Assembly: GCA_947491305.1 (NCBI GenBank) | Contig: CANLIL010000001.1 | Span: 30,814-94,813 of the forward strand | Reading direction: 5' to 3' | Length of the DNA: 64,000 bases | DNA from: Flavobacteriales bacterium | Lineage (GTDB): Bacteria; Bacteroidota; Bacteroidia; Flavobacteriales_D; Crocinitomicaceae | Part shown: piece after piece, positions 50,146-59,609 of the stretch | How positions within the stretch are numbered: position 1 is the stretch's first letter | Layout of the letters: every line of letters begins with the position of its first letter | Position numbers and translations under genes: made by a program | The notes under the pieces: model-generated | The model's input: the letters and a program-made list of their open reading frames with translations, nothing else | What the model was told of the DNA's origin: nothing | The model's database searches: none

Positions 50146-51741
50146 ATGGAAACACCAGAAAACACAACCAACCAAGAAAGTAAAGCAAAACCTGTAAGCG
50201 CGATTATTTTAAATCCAGAAACAAATGAGGTTACTACTCAGGAAATGATCACAACAGTAATTACAGAAACACTCCCTTCTGAATTTGGTTTAGCTACCAA
50301 CACAGCAGTAAACATGCTAGTCGGTTTAGTTCCAACTTTGGCAGAAAGAAACTTACTGATTGAGGCATATACCGAGGCTATAAAACTTGAAATTACAAAA
50401 GAAAATGTAAAGTATTTTAAAGAGCTTAAAAGTAAAATTGTAAAAAACAGAACTCAAGGACTTAAGCTTTGGCAAGAAAAAGAAAAAAGATTTTACTTGG
50501 ACGGCGGTAGATTTATTCAAAGCATTTATAACAAGGAGGTTTTGATAAATGAACAAATGGAGGAAAAGTTAGAAGCAGCTATTAAGTATGAAGAAAACCT
50601 TGAAAAAGAAAGAATTAACAAGTTAATAGAAGAGCGATCTGAACTTATATCTAATTTCGTTGAAGATCCATTAGTTTATAATTTAGGGCAATTGGATGAA
50701 ATGGCTTTCCAAAATCTAAAAAAAGGATTAGAACTATCTTATCAGGCTAAAATAGATCAAGAAAAAGCCCAAAAAGAAAACGAAGAAAAAGAAAAGCAGG
50801 CATCCATTCTCCGTGAGCAACGAAAAAACGAACTTTTACCATTTTGGCATTTATTACCAGAAGAGCATAGAACTAAAGACTTTGCCGTTTATAATAACGA
50901 TCAGTGGGTTGTTATAATGAACTCGGTTAAAGCTAAAGATGCTCAAGAAAAAGAAAAATTGGAAAAGGCAGAAGCATTGAAGCAAAAGCAAAAAGAAAGA
51001 ATGCAACAAATAAATCCATATTTGGCATTTTTAGCTGATGTTCAGGAAACAATTGAACTTAGTGATGAAGACTTCGCAAATAAGTTAGTTGATTTAGAAG
51101 CTAAAGCGGAGCTAAAAAGAAAAGAAGAACAAGAAAAGGCAAGTTTACAAGCTAAAAGAAAAGAACGTACAGACTCAATTAAACCCTATTTATTCTTTTT
51201 CCAGTGGGATTTAGAAGAATGTTTGTTATTATCAGACGAAGAGTGGAAACCATTATTTGACGAGGCAAAATCATCTTTCGATAATGAGCAAATAAAAATC
51301 AATCAACAAAAAGAAGAACAACGAATTGAAAGCCTAACAGAATTACGCAAAAGTGTTATTGACGCTGATTATTTGACAGAAGAAGAAAAATTACTCAACT
51401 TTGGTAAAATGGGAGAAGTTGAATTTAGTGATTTGGTTACTTTGTTAAACGAAAGAAAATCAACCGAACTTGCTTTAATAGCTGCTGAAAAAGCAAAAAA
51501 AGAACAAGCCGAACAATTACAATCCGAAAGTCAAAAACAACCAGAGAATCAAAATATATCTAACCAATCAGCTACTGTAAAAGTTACCCCAGAAAGTTAC
51601 CTTTCAGACTTTAAAAACATAGTTGAGTCTTGTGAAAGATTAGGTAAAATTGATACTACAGGGTCTAAGTATTCAAAAATTCAACAATTAGCCAATACCT
51701 TTGTGGAACATTCAAAAAACATCTTAAATGAAATTAAGTAA
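50146..51741 (+). CDS. long coiled-coil K/E-rich protein with three internal repeat units
   Basis: The repeat units are 'RKNELLPFWHLLPEEH', 'ERMQQINPYLAFLADVQETIELSDEDF' and 'ERTDSIKPYLFFFQWDLEECLLLSDEEW'. Confidence 0.5.
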   Translation: METPENTTNQESKAKPVSAIILNPETNEVTTQEMITTVITETLPSEFGLATNTAVNMLVGLVPTLAERNLLIEAYTEAIKLEITKENVKYFKELKSKIVKNRTQGLKLWQEKEKRFYLDGGRFIQSIYNKEVLINEQMEEKLEAAIKYEENLEKERINKLIEERSELISNFVEDPLVYNLGQLDEMAFQNLKKGLELSYQAKIDQEKAQKENEEKEKQASILREQRKNELLPFWHLLPEEHRTKDFAVYNNDQWVVIMNSVKAKDAQEKEKLEKAEALKQKQKERMQQINPYLAFLADVQETIELSDEDFANKLVDLEAKAELKRKEEQEKASLQAKRKERTDSIKPYLFFFQWDLEECLLLSDEEWKPLFDEAKSSFDNEQIKINQQKEEQRIESLTELRKSVIDADYLTEEEKLLNFGKMGEVEFSDLVTLLNERKSTELALIAAEKAKKEQAEQLQSESQKQPENQNISNQSATVKVTPESYLSDFKNIVESCERLGKIDTTGSKYSKIQQLANTFVEHSKNILNEIK

Positions 51742-51973
51742 GTATAAAAGACACTCGTGGTTATTGCATTGTTTGTATTTGTTACTAATTGGTCTTGCTA
51801 GTGTTTATATCTTAGTATCTATTACGTTTAAAGAGTTAAATCCATTGGATTGGGGCAGAGCAGCTAAAGTAGTAGCATTCGTTTTCTCCACACCTATTGT
51901 ATTACCAATTTTTGCAATTATCATTACTATCTTAATCAAAGAAAACAATAAAACCGAAAACCAAAATGACTAG
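51728..51973 (+). CDS. small two-TM membrane protein
   Basis: Hydrophobic segments 'LLHCLYLLLIGLASVYILVSI' and 'VVAFVFSTPIVLPIFAIIITILI'. Confidence 0.5.
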   Translation: MKLSKYKRHSWLLHCLYLLLIGLASVYILVSITFKELNPLDWGRAAKVVAFVFSTPIVLPIFAIIITILIKENNKTENQND

Positions 51974-52298
51974 TGAAAAATATTTAGAAAGAATTGAGTT
52001 TTTCAAACAAAAACAAAAAGAACTTAATGAACTTAAATCAAAATTAAGAGAATCCTACATTCAAGCAAATCGACCTTGTAACATAGGAGACACCGTCAAA
52101 ATTATTTCTTTTGGAGGTAAAGAATATATTGGAGAGGTTGTTTCTTTCTCTTTATTTGATACTGATGTCTTTATAGACTGCATTAAGTCCGGAAATAATA
52201 AAGCATATCAAACTAAACCTCAAAAAAGCGTTGAGGTAATTTCCAAGGCAACAACAATTCAAGAAAATAAACAAGAGGTAGAGGATGTCGAAAATTAA
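51966..52298 (+). CDS. hypothetical protein
   Basis: 110-aa ORF overlapping both neighbours. Confidence 0.5.
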   Translation: MTSEKYLERIEFFKQKQKELNELKSKLRESYIQANRPCNIGDTVKIISFGGKEYIGEVVSFSLFDTDVFIDCIKSGNNKAYQTKPQKSVEVISKATTIQENKQEVEDVEN

Positions 52299-54555
52299 GC
52301 CACTAAAAATTGCAGGTCAATTTTCAGGCGTTGGGGCTTTCGACCATGCTTTTAAGAGACTTAACTTGCCGTATTTGAACGTGTATCAAGCCGAATGGGA
52401 TAAACACGCTAGGCAAACTTATTTACTTAATAACGAAGAGCCTATTTATTACGTAAATGATGTTTATGATACACCCATAGAAGAAATAACCGAAAAATAT
52501 GGGAGTATGGACGTGTTTATGTCGTCCGCACCTTGTTTTACAGGCGAAACACTTGTAAATACCGAAGATGGTTTTAAACAAATAAAAGATATTCAAGTAG
52601 GGGAATTTGTTTTAACGCATGAAAATAGATTTAAAAAAGTTGTAGATTTTGGTTCTAAAGTAGCAGAAACTTTTATTTTAAAAGCTCAGGGTATTATTGA
52701 TACTGAAACAACGTCAAATCATAGATATTATGTTAGAAAAAGGTATAGTGAATGGGAGCGTATCAATGGAAAAACATTTTACACAAGAAAATTTACTAAT
52801 CCTGAATGGGTGGAGGTTAAAGACTTAACCAAAGATCATTTTGTTGGAATAAATATTCCCTCGATCGAATCAAATCCATTTTTAATCAATAAAGAAACTG
52901 CTTATGTGTTGGGTAGATATATTGCTGATGGGTGGTTAAGGCTACAAAAGACAGGTAGTAGCGTTATAATTGCTGTCGGTAAATCTAAAAGGGAATCAAT
53001 TTCTGAAAAAATTAAATTAAAACACACGCTTCATCAAGAGATAAACGGTTGTTCTAAACTGTTTATTTATTCAAATAGTTTGGTTGATTTAATTCAAAAA
53101 ATAGGATTAGGAAGGGGTGCTATAAATAAACGAATACCACAATCTATTATAAATCTCCCTAAAGAAATCCTTAAAGAATTTGTTGCAGGATATATGGATG
53201 GTGATGGACATAAACACAAAGATTGTTTTCGCGCAACTTCGGTAAGTAAAGAATTATTAATGGGTTTACAACTTTGTATAGCTAAGCTATATCGGACAAA
53301 CGCTAACATTAAATTTGTTAAAACGCCTGATAAAACAGAGATACAAGGTAGAATTGTAAATCAAAAAGATTATTATGTTTTAGAGTTTAGAACGGAAATG
53401 CGTAAACAATCAAATGCTATTGTCATAGATGATGTGATTTGGTATCCGATAAAGGAAATAAAAAAGACAAATAAACAACAAAAAGTTTACGACCTTACGG
53501 TTGAATGTGACCATTCTTTTACTGCAAATCAAGCAATTGTTCATAATTGTCAAAGTTTTTCCATGATGGGTAAGAGACAGGGCAAAGACGATGAAAAAGG
53601 GAGAGGTATTTTGTTTTTTCAAAGTTTGGAATTTATACGTATAAACAAACCAAAAACTTTCATTTTTGAGAATGTAGAGGGGCTTATTTCTCATGATAAA
53701 TCCGACAAAAAAAACGTTTATGGAAAAACATTTTCTGAATGGGTAAATTACCTTGGTGGGAAATCCGTTAATGGAGTACCTACTATTTTTCCTTATGAGG
53801 ATTCAGTGGGTTATCATTTGTACTATGAAGTTTTAAATGCAAAAGAACACGGAATACCACAAAACAGAAAGCGAGTGTTCCTTATAGGATTCCGGGATGA
53901 TGAAGATAATAATTTTCAGTTTCCTAAAACCGAACATTTACAAATTAAGCTTAAAGATGTTTTGGAAAAAGATATTCCTGAAAAATATTACTTGAGCGAA
54001 AGAATGATTAAAGGTTTTATAACTCACGCAAAAAGGCAAAAAGAAAATGGTACAGGTTTTGGATTTAAACCTACTTATGGTGATAAATGCGCTTCAGCAG
54101 TAACTACAAAATGTGGAACAAGACCAACTGATGATTATATCATAGACTCTGAAATAAAAGTTGGAACTTGGCGAACACACAAAGATGGTCAAGGATTCAG
54201 AGAAGTGACTGATGGAAATTGCCCTACCATTCCTGCTAGAGCGAGAGAAGACGGAAGCGGCCAACCTGTAATAGTTCAAAAATCAGAAAATTATTCAATT
54301 GATTTGTTTTCGGACGAAGAAGAGTCTATTGATAAAAACGACATACTTTATCTTTTACAAAACGGCTACCGAATAAGAAGACTTACGCCAAGAGAGTGTT
54401 TCAGATTGATGAATTTCGACGATTCATTTATTTGGAATTGCTCTGACAGCCAAGCTTTCAAGCAGGCAGGTAACAGCATTGTAGTTCGAAAACTTGAAAA
54501 GATACTTCGCATCCTATTAAAAAAAACCATTTCAGAAATTTCCAACAATGATTAG
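52285..54555 (+). CDS. DNA cytosine-C5 methyltransferase interrupted by an intein
   Basis: The exteins read 'QFSGVGAFD' (motif I), 'FMSSAP|CQSFSMMGKRQG' (motif IV after splicing), 'ENVEGL' (VI), 'QNRKRVFLIGF' (VIII) and 'RRLTPRECFRLMNF..QAGNSIVV' (IX/X). Confidence 0.85.
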   Translation: MSKIKPLKIAGQFSGVGAFDHAFKRLNLPYLNVYQAEWDKHARQTYLLNNEEPIYYVNDVYDTPIEEITEKYGSMDVFMSSAPCFTGETLVNTEDGFKQIKDIQVGEFVLTHENRFKKVVDFGSKVAETFILKAQGIIDTETTSNHRYYVRKRYSEWERINGKTFYTRKFTNPEWVEVKDLTKDHFVGINIPSIESNPFLINKETAYVLGRYIADGWLRLQKTGSSVIIAVGKSKRESISEKIKLKHTLHQEINGCSKLFIYSNSLVDLIQKIGLGRGAINKRIPQSIINLPKEILKEFVAGYMDGDGHKHKDCFRATSVSKELLMGLQLCIAKLYRTNANIKFVKTPDKTEIQGRIVNQKDYYVLEFRTEMRKQSNAIVIDDVIWYPIKEIKKTNKQQKVYDLTVECDHSFTANQAIVHNCQSFSMMGKRQGKDDEKGRGILFFQSLEFIRINKPKTFIFENVEGLISHDKSDKKNVYGKTFSEWVNYLGGKSVNGVPTIFPYEDSVGYHLYYEVLNAKEHGIPQNRKRVFLIGFRDDEDNNFQFPKTEHLQIKLKDVLEKDIPEKYYLSERMIKGFITHAKRQKENGTGFGFKPTYGDKCASAVTTKCGTRPTDDYIIDSEIKVGTWRTHKDGQGFREVTDGNCPTIPARAREDGSGQPVIVQKSENYSIDLFSDEEESIDKNDILYLLQNGYRIRRLTPRECFRLMNFDDSFIWNCSDSQAFKQAGNSIVVRKLEKILRILLKKTISEISNND
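52534..53547 (+). mobile_element. 338-aa intein with LAGLIDADG homing-endonuclease domain
   Basis: Block A 'CFTGETLVNTEDG', block B 'TSNH', LAGLIDADG motifs 'YVLGRYIADGW' and 'FVAGYMDGDGH', block F 'VYDLTVECDHSFTAN', and block G 'IVHN' followed by the +1 Cys. Confidence 0.85.
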
Positions 54556-54772
54556 AACCTTTACAATGAGCTTTTTTCAAGTTGGATTAGTTGCCGTCAA
54601 TACAAAGCTTATTCAAACTAACAATCTTTTTGGAATATTTTTAACTAGTTGTTTAATATCGCTTGTGTGGACTATGAACGTTAACAAAATGACTGGTGCA
54701 AGCCTAAAACAAAAATTGTCTTATGCGCTTGGTGCAGGAGTTGGATCAATGGTTGCTATTTCTATATTTTAA
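54548..54772 (+). CDS. small polytopic membrane protein
   Basis: Three hydrophobic segments: 'FFQVGLVAVN', 'LFGIFLTSCLISLVWT' and 'ALGAGVGSMVAISIF'. Confidence 0.5.
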   Translation: MIRTFTMSFFQVGLVAVNTKLIQTNNLFGIFLTSCLISLVWTMNVNKMTGASLKQKLSYALGAGVGSMVAISIF

Positions 54773-54783
54773 AATTAAATTTT

Positions 54784-54981
54784 ATGTTAAATATTTTATT
54801 AACCGACGAACATTCTTTACTTACACCTTCAACAAGGATTGGATTCAACGAAACTGAACTTGAAAATTGGTGGACTAAAAAGAAACTTAGATCCGAAAAA
54901 TCAGGCTACTTTAATAAAGAGCTTTATGGATTGATTCAAAAAGTAAAATTATATTGTAACGATGAGACTGAAATTAAATAA
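54784..54981 (+). CDS. hypothetical protein
   Basis: 65-aa ORF. Confidence 0.4.
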   Translation: MLNILLTDEHSLLTPSTRIGFNETELENWWTKKKLRSEKSGYFNKELYGLIQKVKLYCNDETEIK

Positions 54982-55315
54982 CCAACAAATTAAATGTTTG
55001 ATAATATTAATGTCGGCAATAGATTTAGTTCCGTTTTCTACTGGTTATGAAAGAGAGTTGACGCTTCATGTTTTAAAACGCTTCAATAATAAATTAAAAA
55101 TAAGAGCGCTATCTGATAAGAAAATAACCTCTATTGAATTAGAAGAAGAGACTATTTGTGCATTGAATTACGTAATGTCTAATATTGGTGGTTTTGAAAT
55201 GTTTCAACCTCTTATTGCATCAGAACTTAATTTGATTTTCTCTCAGGTTAATAAACACTATGTTGGAAGGTTAAGGTTTCAAGAAAATTTAATACTATTG
55301 AACAATTCACTTTAA
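54962..55315 (+). CDS. hypothetical protein
   Basis: 117-aa ORF. Confidence 0.45.
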   Translation: MRLKLNNQQIKCLIILMSAIDLVPFSTGYERELTLHVLKRFNNKLKIRALSDKKITSIELEEETICALNYVMSNIGGFEMFQPLIASELNLIFSQVNKHYVGRLRFQENLILLNNSL

Positions 55316-55327
55316 AGCACTTTTTAA

Positions 55328-55747
55328 TTGAATCCAAAACTATTTTTTTGTCGTAAATGCAACCAACACAAAGAAGATTCTGAGTTTTGGTTTGATAAGC
55401 GTAGAGGAACTATTAGAACCCCATGTAAGGATTGTTCCAATAGTCAAAAAAGACACGTTAGGGCGCTTAATTATTTACAGAATAAAGTTACAAAGTCTGA
55501 TATTATTAATCACTATGGGGCAAAAGGTCTTTCAGATGAAGCTGTTGAATTTATTTCAGATGCTATTCTTTTAAATAGAACAATCAAATCATTTAACAAA
55601 CCACTGATAAAAAATTTTGATAATTTTGTTGTTCTATTCTGTCCGGCTTGCGGTAACTTCAATAAAATTAATTTGCCTTGTGAAATAGAAAGAATGATTC
55701 AGTTAATGAATAACTACCAAGAACTTCATATAAAACATGAGATTTAA
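55328..55747 (+). CDS. zinc-ribbon protein (TTG start in ORF track)
   Basis: Contains 'CRKCNQ..CKDCSN' and 'CPACGN' Cys pairs. Confidence 0.45.
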   Translation: MNPKLFFCRKCNQHKEDSEFWFDKRRGTIRTPCKDCSNSQKRHVRALNYLQNKVTKSDIINHYGAKGLSDEAVEFISDAILLNRTIKSFNKPLIKNFDNFVVLFCPACGNFNKINLPCEIERMIQLMNNYQELHIKHEI

Positions 55748-56276
55748 TACACTAGAAGGCATTAAAAACAAAAAGTTTAATAACGATTTTGGCATAGCAG
55801 CTTATATTGATAAGTATGTACACTATGAAGGAACTGAACAAATTTCTATTCATATAAAAAGCGGTTATGGAGCAAGCGAAAAAATGACAAATGAAGTTAT
55901 TTCCGAACACGATTTGCAAAGCTTTATTGAAGTATTTAAAAAAGAAAAAGCTAAAAAAATAGATTATTTTGCAACTCAAAAAAAATCTGAGCACGAAAAA
56001 ATAAAACCTATACCAAAGAAAATAATTATAAATAAACCAATTATTCATAAACCAATAGAAAACAACATAAAAATGAACACAGAAACTAAAGAAGAAACAA
56101 ATACAAAAGACACAGAAAATAACCATAAATCACTAAGAAGTATTCTTTTTGAGACTATGGTTGGTGTTAAAAATGGAAATGTAGATGTTCAAAAATCAAA
56201 AGCTATTTCCGCAGTTGCTCAAACGATAATCAATTCGTTTAAAGCAGAAAATGAAGCTAATAAAAAATTGAAATAA
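55737..56276 (+). CDS. hypothetical protein
   Basis: 179-aa ORF. It is the last gene of the plus-strand block. Confidence 0.5.
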   Translation: MRFNTLEGIKNKKFNNDFGIAAYIDKYVHYEGTEQISIHIKSGYGASEKMTNEVISEHDLQSFIEVFKKEKAKKIDYFATQKKSEHEKIKPIPKKIIINKPIIHKPIENNIKMNTETKEETNTKDTENNHKSLRSILFETMVGVKNGNVDVQKSKAISAVAQTIINSFKAENEANKKLK

Positions 56277-56299
56277 TTTTAGTTAGAGTATGTCAGGTC

Positions 56300-56869
56300 T
56301 CAATTCTCATTTAAAACATTATAGATAGCCAAGCAAATATCAATGTCGTATTCAGCATCGTGAAGCTTTTCTTCTTCAACTTCTATTCCAAGGTATTTAG
56401 CTACTGTTTTTTGTTTAAAGTCTTCAAATTCTGTCCTTACGGATCGTAGTTTATAAGAAGCCAAAACCATTACGTCAATTGAATCGCTCCAAAACCAAGA
56501 ACCGAAATAAACGTCTTTGTTTTGAACAAAGAAGGCTCTAAAAAAAGGATTATCAAAAGCAGCAATGTTATAACCTACTAAATGAAATTTATCTTTTTTA
56601 TTAAATTTGTCAACGTATTTCGAGAGCATTTTAATAATAATCGAATACAACTCATTCATTGAAGGATAAGCCATTATTTGCTCCTTAGTTACGTTTCCAA
56701 CTTTAAGTGCTTCTTCATCGAACTGAGCTTTTTCGTTTGGTCTAACTTTGAAGTTAAATTTTTCTTTGATTTCACCATTAATAACAATTGCACCAGATAT
56801 TTGGTGAATCCCATGTTTCCAAAATAGTGTACCTGTAGTTTCAAGGTCATAAACAAATAATTTTTCCAT
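56300..56869 (-). CDS. DEDDh 3'-5' exonuclease (DnaQ/epsilon-like)
   Basis: ExoI 'FVYDLETTG', ExoII 'LVGYNIAAFDNPFF' and ExoIII 'HDAEYDIDI'. Confidence 0.8.
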   Translation of the reverse strand: MEKLFVYDLETTGTLFWKHGIHQISGAIVINGEIKEKFNFKVRPNEKAQFDEEALKVGNVTKEQIMAYPSMNELYSIIIKMLSKYVDKFNKKDKFHLVGYNIAAFDNPFFRAFFVQNKDVYFGSWFWSDSIDVMVLASYKLRSVRTEFEDFKQKTVAKYLGIEVEEEKLHDAEYDIDICLAIYNVLNEN

Positions 56870-56889
56870 TTTTTTTTACTTTTTGCTAT

Positions 56890-58095
56890 TTAGATTAATT
56901 TTAGTTGTTTAATGGTTTGGCTTAATTCTTCTGACGAACTAAGTAATTTACCTGAAACATCAGGTGTTTTCGGAATTTTGAGTATTTCTATGAAGCTTGT
57001 TTTTGGCGAAAAATCTGAAGTAACTAATGTTTCCGGGATTAATAGTTTATGTTTTGCTCTAGTAATTGCGACATAAAGAAGGTTTATCTCTTCATTTATT
57101 TTCACAATATCAACCGGACGTTTCTTTTTGTCTTTCTCTTTTACTTTTCCGTCCAAAGCATCCTTATGCTCGTTTACCTTATCCTCGGTGATAAAGTCTT
57201 GGATAAGCTCTACTGTATCATATTCTTGACCTTTAGCTTTGTGTACTGTACTGAAAACAACATCTGCATTTTTACGCTCTTGATCCGTTAAGTGCATAGA
57301 CTTAAGGTCGCTCATGATTGAAAAAATGTCATTTCCATAATCATTAACAATATCGCGCATCATTGATAACTGAATATCGTCGGTTGCTTTTATGTATTCG
57401 TCGAGTTCATCCATGCCAAACATTTTTTTGATAACAGGGTCTTTTATTTTTTGAGGTTTTCCAACACTCAAATAGTAAATATCGTATAAAGAAGCGCCGT
57501 CTTCTGCATAGGTGTAGGAATTAATGTTTCCTTCGAAATAAATGCTTTTATTTGGCTCTCTTTTTATGAATGCAATTGCTTTATAGAGTAAACCAATATT
57601 TGTTCTTCCAATGATAGCGTATGACCTTTGTTGAGTAGAATTTCCTTTGCCTTGGATTTCTATTTTTGTTTCAGGAGGAATAATTTTAAGCTTCATTTTA
57701 TATCCAAGAATAACATTCGCTAAATCAGCAATGTCTTGATGGAAACGAAAGCTTGTTGAGAGTGTAAAGTTTTTGAAGTTGGCTTTTTCCAATGAGTTAA
57801 TTGCATATCTCCAACTGTAAATTTGTTGGTGCGTGTCTCCTACAATTACTTTAGATGCAGCTTGTTTCATAAAAATGTCCAATATGCAAGAACTAGCATC
57901 CTGACCTTCATCGAAAAGGATATATTCATAATCTAGCTTTGGATTCGATAGTTGGTATTTTTTTAAATAGAAGTCGTGTGAACATTCAATTTTGCAACTA
58001 TTCATTTTTTTTAAGAACTCCCTTGTTTGTTTCTCGATAACAGAAAGGTGTTGAGCCACAAAAATTCTTTTCTTTTCGTCCGTGAATGAACTCAA
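56890..58095 (-). CDS. UvrD/PcrA-like SF1 helicase, C-terminal part (motifs II-VI); TTG start is probably artefactual
   Basis: 'ILFDEGQDAS' (II), 'VGDTHQQIYSWRYA' (III), 'STVHKAKGQEYDTV' (V) and 'LLYVAITRAKHKLLI' (VI). Confidence 0.75.
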   Translation of the reverse strand: MSSFTDEKKRIFVAQHLSVIEKQTREFLKKMNSCKIECSHDFYLKKYQLSNPKLDYEYILFDEGQDASSCILDIFMKQAASKVIVGDTHQQIYSWRYAINSLEKANFKNFTLSTSFRFHQDIADLANVILGYKMKLKIIPPETKIEIQGKGNSTQQRSYAIIGRTNIGLLYKAIAFIKREPNKSIYFEGNINSYTYAEDGASLYDIYYLSVGKPQKIKDPVIKKMFGMDELDEYIKATDDIQLSMMRDIVNDYGNDIFSIMSDLKSMHLTDQERKNADVVFSTVHKAKGQEYDTVELIQDFITEDKVNEHKDALDGKVKEKDKKKRPVDIVKINEEINLLYVAITRAKHKLLIPETLVTSDFSPKTSFIEILKIPKTPDVSGKLLSSSEELSQTIKQLKLI

Positions 58096-58100
58096 ATAAT

Positions 58101-58517
58101 CTATTTCCAGAACTGTTTTTTTTCTGAGTTACAGAACATAGCAACATACTTTAACACATGGTTGGCTAAAACATACTCAATATGTCGTTGACCGTTTACT
58201 TTCAGTTCAAGCATTCCAACTAATTCTTGTGTTTTATAGCTCGATAACTTGACTTTGTACATCGTTCCTTTCACAATTTCTTTAAACGCTAAGGAATGCG
58301 CTGTTTCGACCACAACGTTATTAATGCCATGAGCTTTAAATTTTTCAATGGCTTCATTTTTTACTGATTTATTGAATACCAAGTAAAGTATTTTTGAATG
58401 CACTGGTCGAGCTTTAACGTACTCAATAATAGTAGTTGTTTTTCCTGCTCCTGCAAATGCGTTTACTTTAATGTTTCCACTCGAATAAACGATTAATTCT
58501 TGTTCTTTTGTTAGCAT
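58101..58517 (-). CDS. UvrD/PcrA-like SF1 helicase, N-terminal part (Walker A)
   Basis: 'AFAGAGKTTTIIEY' (motif I) and 'ETAHSLAFK' (Ia-like). The ORF ends 12 nt after an A8 run, and the -1 frame continues into the next ORF. Confidence 0.75.
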   Translation of the reverse strand: MLTKEQELIVYSSGNIKVNAFAGAGKTTTIIEYVKARPVHSKILYLVFNKSVKNEAIEKFKAHGINNVVVETAHSLAFKEIVKGTMYKVKLSSYKTQELVGMLELKVNGQRHIEYVLANHVLKYVAMFCNSEKKQFWK

Positions 58518-58537
58518 AGTGGTTCAATTGAATATAA

Positions 58538-58545
58538 CAAATGTA
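58538..58545 (-). promoter_or_regulatory. candidate -7 box TACATTTG (minus strand)
   Basis: Forward caaatgta, 21 nt upstream of the ATG at 58517. Confidence 0.4.
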
Positions 58546-58547
58546 AT

Positions 58548-58565
58548 TATATTTTTAAAAATATA
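58548..58565. promoter_or_regulatory. 18-bp perfect palindrome TATATTTTTAAAAATATA (copy 2)
   Basis: Identical to 49369-49386. It abuts the helicase -7 box. Confidence 0.5.
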
Positions 58566-58580
58566 AATAAAAAAACACTT

Positions 58581-59000
58581 TTAATTATTCCACATTTCTG
58601 AATTTAAGTAGGTTTCTGGATTCTTTTTAGTAACACCTGTTTGTGCTAAATATTTATCGTATGAACTAATGAAAGCGATTGCTTTTGCTTTTTCGTTATT
58701 ATCCATTACTTTCCAAATAAGCTCAGAGCGCGAACGCTTTGATAACTTATGGTTGTATTTATCGTAAAAACTATCAAAATTAATGTCTTCCTTAAATTTT
58801 TCGATTTTAAGGGTTTTGAAGTTTTGTTTTTTCCATACAGCAATTTTGGATTCTGTAGTTGGAAAATTATTAAAAAAAAGCTTGTATTCTTGTTGATCAA
58901 ATGTTCCGGGCTGAAAGTCACATTTAACCAAAGCTCCCTCTTCGTTGTATTCCAAAACACAAGACGCTTTGTGTTTGGTGAATTGCATCAGGTATTTCAT
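58581..59000 (-). CDS. hypothetical protein
   Basis: 139-aa ORF. Confidence 0.5.
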   Translation of the reverse strand: MKYLMQFTKHKASCVLEYNEEGALVKCDFQPGTFDQQEYKLFFNNFPTTESKIAVWKKQNFKTLKIEKFKEDINFDSFYDKYNHKLSKRSRSELIWKVMDNNEKAKAIAFISSYDKYLAQTGVTKKNPETYLNSEMWNN

Positions 59001-59079
59001 TTATTTTGATTTTTGGTGGTTACAAACTATTTGTTAGGGCGTGAAGCCTTTTCAAAATATATAGATTAGGCACAATGAA

Positions 59080-59574
59080 TTATTTTACTTCAATCCAATT
59101 GCTGCTATTAATATCTTCCCAAGTAAGATTGTAAGGTTGAAACTTTTTGAGTCCATTATCGTTGTGAAACAAAACTAAAAAACTTGAATTGGAGTGGTTT
59201 TGGTCATGGCTGTCTGCAATTAATAGTTCCAAATAGCAATCTTTTAATGATTTATGCCAATCAAGGCACTTAATACGTCTTCCCATTTCAAGTTCTGCTT
59301 TTGCTTCCCAGAAAGTAAGTCTTTTCATACATTTCGATTTGCCAAACTTATTTTCAACAATAAGCCAAGCATCTATATGGTGAAAGCCTGCATCTTGTAA
59401 AAGTTCAACCATCATATCTGTTTCGGTATCGTAATTTTCACGAATGGTATCAATAACACCAACTAATTTAGCTAGGTTTTTTTGATCTTGTTTTTCCATC
59501 AGTTCTTGCTCCAATGGTTTAATGTGCTTGTTCATTTTAATTTCAAGCTTGTGGTTTGCTGTTTTTTGTTTCAT
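59080..59574 (-). CDS. hypothetical protein
   Basis: 164-aa ORF. Confidence 0.5.
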   Translation of the reverse strand: MKQKTANHKLEIKMNKHIKPLEQELMEKQDQKNLAKLVGVIDTIRENYDTETDMMVELLQDAGFHHIDAWLIVENKFGKSKCMKRLTFWEAKAELEMGRRIKCLDWHKSLKDCYLELLIADSHDQNHSNSSFLVLFHNDNGLKKFQPYNLTWEDINSSNWIEVK

Positions 59575-59609
59575 ACTATTTGTTTTTAAGGATTATGCAA
59601 TTGTTTTGG

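Noticed and set aside
546-56126. Many ORF-track entries antisense to, or nested within, longer genes. Examples: 546..812+, 1201..1398-, 1402..1611-, 1653..1835-, 1741..1926+, 2410..2634-, 4612..4806+, 7606..7833+, 8186..8476+, 8550..8822-, 9382..9672+, 9830..10072+, 11127..11354-, 18206..18555+, 19067..19528+, 20124..20528+, 21092..21431+, 23722..23925+, 24706..24894+, 25287..25535+, 26757..27017+, 27253..27505, 28759..29318, 29518..30631+, 32103..32344+, 34035..34232+, 35859..36309, 36654..36875+, 37604..37831+, 39917..40198+, 42104..42553+, 45837..46518+, 47323..47625+, 47753..47986+, 48099..48665+, 50353..50556-, 53094..53694-, 54094..54548-, 55392..55574+, 55752..56126-, 57049..57291+, 58706..59009, 59707..59925+.
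   Set aside because: They are shadow ORFs of AT-rich coding DNA. They overlap longer ORFs that carry recognisable motifs or fit the operon structure. Their translations are low-complexity (Phe/Leu/Ile/Ser/Lys-rich). They lack their own start context.
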